Shown in pieces: positions 48,369 through 53,937 of a stretch of 53,937 nt of DNA (position 1 is its first letter; the number at the start of each line of letters is the position of its first letter). This DNA comes from an uncultured virus (IMG/VR IMGVR_UViG_3300044732_000510) (lineage: Duplodnaviria > Heunggongvirae > Uroviricota > Caudoviricetes). Under the pieces are notes generated by a model, which was not told where the DNA came from, ran no database searches, and worked only from the letters and a program-made list of their open reading frames with translations. Made by a program: the position numbers and the translations under genes. The stretch lies in IMG/VR virus record IMGVR_UViG_3300044732_000510, one strand, 5' to 3'.

Positions 48369-48478
48369 TTTTAATGCACCATTCCTGATTCCCAAGGTCA
48401 GGCAGTTGTAATCGAAATTAGATGTATGTATATAACACATACTACCTATAGGTTACAACTGAGTGCAGAGGGGTCTTT
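48366..48478 (+). ncRNA. Twister-like self-cleaving ribozyme
   Basis: UAA-UGCA-CC...CCUGA-UUCCCAAGG-UCAGG-[P5 CAGUUGUAA/UUACAACUG]-AG-UGCA-GAGGG reproduces the twister order (U|AA, P2, T2, P4 loop UCCCAAG, P2', GAGGG). P1 is weak. Confidence 0.6.
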
Positions 48479-48526
48479 TAACTAGTAACTTAATTAATTA
48501 TTTATAAATCTCTAAAACCAGAACTT

Positions 48527-49438
48527 ATGAGAAACTTGTCTACAAAAGGGTTGAGCATGTCCCAAGCACAAAGTATTAGTAATCTTTGTAACCAAAATGC
48601 TATAGAAATCCAAAGAGAATTGGATTCTTACAACAACTGTAGTAAATCTATTACAGTTGCCGGTCAGGTATATTCATTACAAGATGGAGTGCCTATGCCG
48701 GATAACATCCTTGACTTATTGAAGAATAAGGGTGACTTACATGCTGCTCAAGCTTTCTTAATGGAAGCTATTAGGAGTAAAGATGCCATGATATCAAGTA
48801 TCAAGAATAGTCAGCCTGATTTATCTCACTTAGTTAAACCTGAGAGAGAGTTAATAGATGACTATGAGGTTGAGTATGGTGTTGAAGAGTCATGGGGTTG
48901 GACTCAGTTATCTGATGCTGAGTATGCTGAGTATCTTCAAGCTGAAGCTTTAGCTTCTCATCTTGGTCAGTTTATCCATAAAAGTGGTAAACTAACTCAG
49001 TTGAGAAAAGAACTACCTAATACTCCTAGTATTGAGTGGTTTGAAGTTGAGGACGGGAAGAAGACTCCAGTGAAGGTGACTAAGCATCATTTAGCTCCGG
49101 TCTTGATGAGTGTTCATGAGAATATTGCTGCAGAGCATAGAGTTCATGAGCAACGTGTAAATTATTACAAAGCTAAGGTTAAAAACTTAGTTAGTGATGA
49201 GAATGCACGCATTCAGAGAGTTAATGCAGACAAAGCTGCTGAGTTCTTAAAGCTTGAGAAAGAAGCTCATGAGAAGTATCAGTTAGCAATGGATGCTTAC
49301 AATGGTGAGATACTGAGACTTACTATGGAGTTTAATAGTCAACGTGAGTTGGATATTAAAGCTGCTGCAGCATTGAGAATCAATGTTGATCCTAGATTTC
49401 AGCATGTAATTGATATGTTCATTACACCTGAGAAATAG
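48527..49438 (+). CDS. 303-aa alpha-helical/coiled-coil protein of unknown function
   Basis: Long ORF with a strongly biased codon set and long helical segments; N-terminal GLSMSQAQSISNLCNQ. Confidence 0.85.
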   Translation: MRNLSTKGLSMSQAQSISNLCNQNAIEIQRELDSYNNCSKSITVAGQVYSLQDGVPMPDNILDLLKNKGDLHAAQAFLMEAIRSKDAMISSIKNSQPDLSHLVKPERELIDDYEVEYGVEESWGWTQLSDAEYAEYLQAEALASHLGQFIHKSGKLTQLRKELPNTPSIEWFEVEDGKKTPVKVTKHHLAPVLMSVHENIAAEHRVHEQRVNYYKAKVKNLVSDENARIQRVNADKAAEFLKLEKEAHEKYQLAMDAYNGEILRLTMEFNSQRELDIKAAAALRINVDPRFQHVIDMFITPEK

Positions 49439-49447
49439 TGTACTAAT

Positions 49448-49753
49448 TAGGTGAGTAAGAGATAGGCACAAGCTGATTCTCTTACTCTTTATACCTAGTG
49501 ACAGGAATCCAGAACAACTAAAATTCAATGGTTGATTACCATTATACAATGAATACTTAATAGTATAAAACCGCTTCTCTTCAAATTATAAAAACTGAGA
49601 TAGAACTCATCATCAGACAGGTTATGCATAAAAACAAAATATGCAATTGGCTGATAACAATGAGACTTAGTATTTGTATTTGTCTTTGCAGAAGAGAAGG
49701 TCTTTGACTTAGTATTTGTATTTGATTTTAGCTATATGTTCCTGTCACAAGGT
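49448..49753 (+). ncRNA. Candidate ~310-nt structured ncRNA with duplicated hexamer tracts
   Basis: Nested stems at 49453-62/49478-87, 49498-507/49739-48, 49518-24/49725-31, 49574-82/49691-99, 49606-10/49660-64, 49612-16/49651-55 and 49625-30/49640-45. A 19-nt direct repeat lies at 49664 and 49706. Confidence 0.7.
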
Positions 49754-49790
49754 GACTATATATATTAATTATTCACTCAAAAATAAACTT

Positions 49791-49976
49791 ATGAAGAAAG
49801 TAACTATTGAGGATCTTATTGTCCTCACAGAAGATTATGCCTTACAACTAGGTGTTTCTCTTGAATCTCTTATACAGGAGAAACTTAAAGAGAATTTCCG
49901 GATTGATAAAGAATTTAACCATCCTGCAGTTGGACAGGTAGTTTACATAGTGAGAGATTATTCTCTTGCTTCTTAA
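49791..49976 (+). CDS. Hypothetical protein
   Basis: ATG after an A-rich leader (MKKVTIEDL). Confidence 0.6.
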   Translation: MKKVTIEDLIVLTEDYALQLGVSLESLIQEKLKENFRIDKEFNHPAVGQVVYIVRDYSLAS

Positions 49977-50003
49977 TTTAGTAATTTATAAAAACAAAAT
50001 AGT

Positions 50004-50237
50004 ATGAATGCAACTATGATTAACAACAGAGAGTTTGTAGAAACTCTGCATGCAAGGGAGTCTAACATTAACTTAAGACTTCTTGTTTCCGCAACAAAAT
50101 TCTATGGAAAGGGATTGGATGACAAAAGCAAACAACAACTATTTGCTCTTCCATTGGAAGATAAACTGTGGTTATTGAATGAGTATGATCAGGAGATTGT
50201 ACCTTATCCACCAGCAGATTTGGATAATATTTATTAA
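50004..50237 (+). CDS. Hypothetical protein
   Basis: Operon ORF with an A-rich leader. Confidence 0.65.
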   Translation: MNATMINNREFVETLHARESNINLRLLVSATKFYGKGLDDKSKQQLFALPLEDKLWLLNEYDQEIVPYPPADLDNIY

Positions 50238-50253
50238 TTACTTAATTTACAGT

Positions 50254-50385
50254 ATGAAAACAATATCAGCAGTAGTTGTATGGTTTGCAGTAGTTACTAC
50301 AATAGCAGTATTATTTGCTAGTTGTGGTACAAGCGGTCATGCATGTGATGCCTATGGTCAGGTAGACACAGAAGAAAGAATTTAG
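50254..50385 (+). CDS. Small lipoprotein
   Basis: MKT, a hydrophobic core and lipobox LFAS-C; mature part CGTSGHACDAYG. Confidence 0.6.
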   Translation: MKTISAVVVWFAVVTTIAVLFASCGTSGHACDAYGQVDTEERI

Positions 50386-50449
50386 TATCTAAGGTACTAA
50401 GAGTTATAGGAGCCGGGGAAACTTGGCTCCTTTTGTATTATTAAATCTT

Positions 50450-50710
50450 ATGATTATGAGTAGACTAGAAGAACTAGAACAAGAAAGAGCAAGATGCCAA
50501 CAAGAATTAGAAGAGCTCCATATTTATGAGCCTAGTGAAGAGTGGTACAAAACAAGAAGACATGAGCTAGAATATACTATAGCTTGTATTGAGGATTGTA
50601 TTGAAGATGAGAAGGATTCAATAAGAGAAAACAACAATGTGAGTGCTGCATTTCTTGTAGTACTATACACAATGGTTGTATTAGGTTTAACAATTTTAAT
50701 ATTTATGTAA
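50450..50710 (+). CDS. Coiled-coil protein with a C-terminal TM
   Basis: Acidic heptads followed by a hydrophobic tail. Confidence 0.6.
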   Translation: MIMSRLEELEQERARCQQELEELHIYEPSEEWYKTRRHELEYTIACIEDCIEDEKDSIRENNNVSAAFLVVLYTMVVLGLTILIFM

Positions 50711-50711
50711 G

Positions 50712-50984
50712 ATGAAAAAGTTATTTATGATTGTGGCACTTATGATTGCCGGAGCTGGTTACTCCCAAAACTTACCAAAAAATTTAACAAGGTCTGAGAA
50801 GAAATTTGTTAAGAATGTAATTGAGCTTACAAATGATGTTTTAGTGAATGTAACTAAAAGAAATGATGGTATCATAGTAGTAGAGTTTTGGAATACTATG
50901 TACACCCTTAATGATCTAGGTTACATTGATGAGATGTGGATCCTTGAAGATGAGGATTGGATAGCATTAGGTAGAGAGTATTAA
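50712..50984 (+). CDS. Secreted protein with a Sec signal peptide
   Basis: MKKLFMIVALMIAGAGYS|Q, consistent with the Bacteroidota Gln-rule cleavage. Confidence 0.65.
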   Translation: MKKLFMIVALMIAGAGYSQNLPKNLTRSEKKFVKNVIELTNDVLVNVTKRNDGIIVVEFWNTMYTLNDLGYIDEMWILEDEDWIALGREY

Positions 50985-50999
50985 TTAAAATTTGTAATT

Positions 51000-51329
51000 A
51001 TGAACTGGTTAGGAAAATTGTTCAAGAAGAAAGAAAAGAGTTACAACACTGATGTTAAGTATAAGCTACTTATCATTGATGATGAAGCTGAGCTGATTCA
51101 TAAGAATCTGGGTATCAATGATGTAAGAGCAGAAGTATTATTAACTGCCTGTTTAGAGTCTTTTGAGAGTAGTAAACGTGTGCATGTTGCAATGGAAAAG
51201 GTTGTTGACATATGCACTCATACTAATGAAGTAGTTTTTGCTACTCTTATGATGGCTAAAGTTATTGAGAAGAATGAGTCACATGAAAGGATTCATAATA
51301 TGCTCAAAAACATGTTTGGCAATGGATAA
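51000..51329 (+). CDS. Hypothetical protein
   Basis: Operon ORF. Confidence 0.65.
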   Translation: MNWLGKLFKKKEKSYNTDVKYKLLIIDDEAELIHKNLGINDVRAEVLLTACLESFESSKRVHVAMEKVVDICTHTNEVVFATLMMAKVIEKNESHERIHNMLKNMFGNG

Positions 51330-51534
51330 GACACTAATTACCTCTGTCTTAGGATTTGATCTTAAGGCAGAGATAGTTGATCTTAACGGTGAAGCTATCA
51401 GAACAGGTTGTAAAGGATGTATTAATCCAAGAAAGAAATCTAGAATCAAGTCTAGAATACTGGATAAAAAGTTCTTTACAAACTATAATGAAGCTCTGTT
51501 AGCTAAAATAAGGGATTTAAGAAACAATATCTAG
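51322..51534 (+). CDS. Hypothetical basic protein
   Basis: Likely start MDKTL, overlapping the end of the upstream gene. Confidence 0.55.
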   Translation: MDKTLITSVLGFDLKAEIVDLNGEAIRTGCKGCINPRKKSRIKSRILDKKFFTNYNEALLAKIRDLRNNI

Positions 51535-51538
51535 TAGT

Positions 51539-51958
51539 ATGAAGATAAGTGTTACATATGATGATACTGATGTAGCAAAAGCTCTCAGTAAGATCATCAA
51601 AGATCCAAATTCAGAGGAGTTTGTTAAGTTACTTACTCCTATGCTATGTAATAATTCTCAAGGTGTAGATCACTTTTTCAAACTTATGATAGGTAATAAG
51701 TTGCCGGATATTATATCTGTTGGTACATTATGCAAAATGGATGCGTCAAATGTTGGATATGGTATAGATAAAGAACTTACTAGACAAAAGTTTGCAGATA
51801 CAGATGACAAAATTGTAGTGACTATAAAAGAGTTTAGAGGTTATCATGAATACAGCCCATATATTGTAGAATATACAGGAGTTGTAGGTACTGGGACTAC
51901 TAAACTTGACACTGTTTACCTTAGAGAAGATCAACTAGAAGTTATAGAAGAGTTTTAA
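51539..51958 (+). CDS. Hypothetical protein
   Basis: Operon ORF followed by a hairpin at about 52000-52024. Confidence 0.7.
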   Translation: MKISVTYDDTDVAKALSKIIKDPNSEEFVKLLTPMLCNNSQGVDHFFKLMIGNKLPDIISVGTLCKMDASNVGYGIDKELTRQKFADTDDKIVVTIKEFRGYHEYSPYIVEYTGVVGTGTTKLDTVYLREDQLEVIEEF

Positions 51959-52108
51959 GAAGTGTATTCTGTGAATATGCTTTTCCTGACCAAATGATAG
52001 AGGGAGTAGAAATGCTCCCTTCTCATTGTTTAGCTATATAATGCTAAATATTATTGGTTTAAACTTTACAGGTATAATTAAAAGTGCTACATTTACTAGC
52101 ATAATTTT

Positions 52109-52387
52109 ATGCCGGTAATGCAATATCAGCTCCCAAATGGGAAAGTAGTTAATCTCTCAATAGAGGAATATCTTGATCTTACAGATGAAGATGTGCAGTA
52201 CCTTATGTCTCTAGACTATGGAGAACATATCTTAGATCCATTCACAGGATCAGCAGTAGAAAAAAACAAACAAGAAAAATATTATGACTTTGATTATCTA
52301 GCAGATGATGAAAGTGATGATGATGTGATATCAGATGATGACCCATTTGATGATATCATAGACTTAACGGGCCCACTGGATACATAA
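52109..52387 (+). CDS. Acidic-tailed hypothetical protein
   Basis: YQLPNGK....S.E.YL.LTDE..Q.L motif and an Asp-rich C-terminus. Confidence 0.7.
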   Translation: MPVMQYQLPNGKVVNLSIEEYLDLTDEDVQYLMSLDYGEHILDPFTGSAVEKNKQEKYYDFDYLADDESDDDVISDDDPFDDIIDLTGPLDT

Positions 52388-52506
52388 TACCTGAATTGCA
52401 ATAAGGTATTTACAACTTATCACTTAGCATGAGTAACTAATGATATAGTAAAAATCTACTCAAAACAATCAATTATTTATTTATTTATTTTTTAAAATTT
52501 AAAGTT

Positions 52507-52989
52507 ATGACAACTAAAGTAACAGTTTTAGCAGACCAAACAACAAATGCAGTTATCAATTCTTCTAGCAATCCTGAATTTGGATATGTAAGAGTATCAC
52601 AGGTAAGACCTATGATTGATGAGAAAAGTGGATTCTTGCGTCCAAGATTAGTAACAGCTTTAATTCCAGGTCTTGTAACAGACTTGCAATTGATGAGCTT
52701 TTATGCAGGTCAACAACTTGATGGTAAAGTAGTTATTGAAGAGTCTTTGACTCCATTTAACAACAAGACTCCGGACCGTGATCTTAAAATTGCAGGAGGA
52801 ACAGGTATAGTATGTACAGTAGAAGGGCAACCAATCTACCGTAGAACTAAGTTCTCTTTTGATATTAATGCACAAGACACTTTTGTTAAACATGACAATG
52901 TTGATCAATTACGTGATGCTTATGCAGCACAATCAGGTACTTCAAGTGCTATAAACAATGCACGTCCAGCTGAAGACTTATCTATCTAA
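52507..52989 (+). CDS. Conserved crAss-like early/middle protein, possibly ssDNA-binding
   Basis: L.GK.VI.ES..PF, K.AG.TG.VC..G.PIYR.T and D....HDN motifs; has its own terminator (about 53014-53043). The SSB role is inference. Confidence 0.5.
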   Translation: MTTKVTVLADQTTNAVINSSSNPEFGYVRVSQVRPMIDEKSGFLRPRLVTALIPGLVTDLQLMSFYAGQQLDGKVVIEESLTPFNNKTPDRDLKIAGGTGIVCTVEGQPIYRRTKFSFDINAQDTFVKHDNVDQLRDAYAAQSGTSSAINNARPAEDLSI

Positions 52990-53057
52990 GATAGTCTAAG
53001 CTATTAGTTAATATGAGAGGGGTAGAAATATCCCTCTCTTTTTATTTATGATTAAAA

Positions 53058-53549
53058 ATGTATAAAATGGAAAAGTTAAAACAGGAAATTAAAAATTATC
53101 AGTTAAATGCAGGCAAAACTTATATGCAGTATGAAACTGACAGATATTCACAGTATCAAAATTATTTGTACAAGAGAGCACTTTATGGTCTAAATGCTCT
53201 TTCTGAACAAGAACTGGCTACAATGTGTAGTAAAAAGAAACAGAGAATTGTTAATGTTTATAAGAGAGCTCAAGTAGTAATCAATAAACTTAAACAGGAG
53301 TTTACTATAAGATATACTAATTTTATCTTTAAGACTTTGTTTCCAAATAGCCCTCTAACTGACTCATTACTAGCATGTACTGAGTTTGATGAGAAGTTTA
53401 AAAATACTTTAACTTTTAAAGATTTAGACATCACAAAAGAGGATATTATTACTATCTTTATAGCAGAAGGGATCTTACCTAAAAACTTTTTAAGTTTAGA
53501 TAAGAACCCAAACCAGCTACCAAGATTAAAACATGAAGTCAAAGCTTAA
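53058..53549 (+). CDS. Hypothetical protein
   Basis: Y.RALYGL and L.FKDL.I.K..II...I..G.LP.NF motifs. Confidence 0.7.
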   Translation: MYKMEKLKQEIKNYQLNAGKTYMQYETDRYSQYQNYLYKRALYGLNALSEQELATMCSKKKQRIVNVYKRAQVVINKLKQEFTIRYTNFIFKTLFPNSPLTDSLLACTEFDEKFKNTLTFKDLDITKEDIITIFIAEGILPKNFLSLDKNPNQLPRLKHEVKA

Positions 53550-53937
53550 AATCTGTGATGGCTGTCAGAAAGAGACAGTCATCTGGAAGAACCATGAGGG
53601 ATTCAAATACTGTAAATATTGCTGGAGTTGCCAAAAAGCCATTAATAGTGACAGTTCACAGAAACCAACTGATTATAAAATCCCTCAGGTTTCTTCTAAA
53701 AGGAAAAAGAAAGACCAAGAGTATCTTAAACTAAGAGAAAAGCATTTATTGGTGAATAACCTGTGTCAGGTAAAGGTGAATGGATGTAGTCATGGTGCTA
53801 CTGATATTCACCATACCTATGCGGGAGCTAATAGAGATGCATTTTATTTAGTTCAAAGTACATTTTTAGCTGTGTGTCGTAACTGCCATTCTTGGGTGCA
53901 TTTGAACCCAGAAAAGGCAAGAATACTAGGATATTTA
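53533..53937 (+). CDS. Partial Zn-binding HNH-type nuclease (runs off the right end)
   Basis: Hand translation gives MKSKLKICDGC...CKYC...LCQV...C...ATDIHH...LAVCRNCHSWVH. Confidence 0.7.
   Translation, partial: MKSKLKICDGCQKETVIWKNHEGFKYCKYCWSCQKAINSDSSQKPTDYKIPQVSSKRKKKDQEYLKLREKHLLVNNLCQVKVNGCSHGATDIHHTYAGANRDAFYLVQSTFLAVCRNCHSWVHLNPEKARILGYL

Noticed and set aside
48189..49549. Minus-strand ORFs 48189-48440 and 49283-49549
   Set aside because: They are antisense to the plus-strand operon and coincide with structured-RNA candidates or a real gene; they show no protein motifs.
49664..49768. Open frame DLVFVFVFAEEKVFDLVFVFDFSYMFLSQGDYIY through the hexamer tracts (tmRNA-like tag or recoded peptide)
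   Set aside because: It is immediately preceded by an in-frame TGA, has no start codon ahead of the tracts and no tRNA-like domain is visible. The peptide periodicity follows trivially from the 6-nt repeat, though it is worth rechecking if homologs preserve the frame.
34462..52064. GTTTAAAC palindrome near promoters (34462, 43729, 52057) as an operator
   Set aside because: Spacing to the -7 element varies and the word is expected by chance in AT-rich DNA, so the evidence is insufficient.
1..53937. Stop-codon reassignment (TAG/TGA), as in some crAss-like phages
   Set aside because: Standard-code ORFs are long and tile the window, and TAG/TGA end apparently complete genes (e.g. the endolysin ends in TAG).
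1..53937. tRNA, rRNA, integrase or reverse transcriptase genes
   Set aside because: No cloverleaf/T-loop signature or corresponding protein motifs were recognised by eye; a tRNAscan or HMM run would be needed to exclude them fully.

Overview
About 54 kb of an AT-rich, crAss-like (Crassvirales-type) tailed phage genome. The host is most likely Bacteroidota, judged from TAnnTTTG -7 promoter elements, A-rich translation starts lacking Shine-Dalgarno sequences, and a Gln-rule signal peptide. Positions 1-44.5 kb are one minus-strand morphogenesis/lysis module. It contains a probable ejection/cargo protein, nozzle/muzzle, ring proteins, IHF/HU-like proteins, Cys-rich tail proteins, a ferritin-like protein, a cluster of basic xxGG-repeat proteins, major capsid protein, scaffold-like protein, portal, large terminase, PD-(D/E)xK nuclease, amidase endolysin, holin candidates, lectin/collagen fibres, a GroES-like protein and two free-standing homing endonucleases. 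After a divergent non-coding junction (about 44.55-44.89 kb), a plus-strand early region begins with an array of small-gene cassettes, each preceded by a TCCACTYWWAA motif. The most striking unexplained locus is 48.2-49.76 kb: a multi-stem RNA, then a twister-like ribozyme, then a 303-aa helical protein, then a ~310-nt highly structured RNA carrying a duplicated 19-mer made of period-6 hexamers. All product calls come from motif recognition and synteny by eye; no database search or folding program was run.
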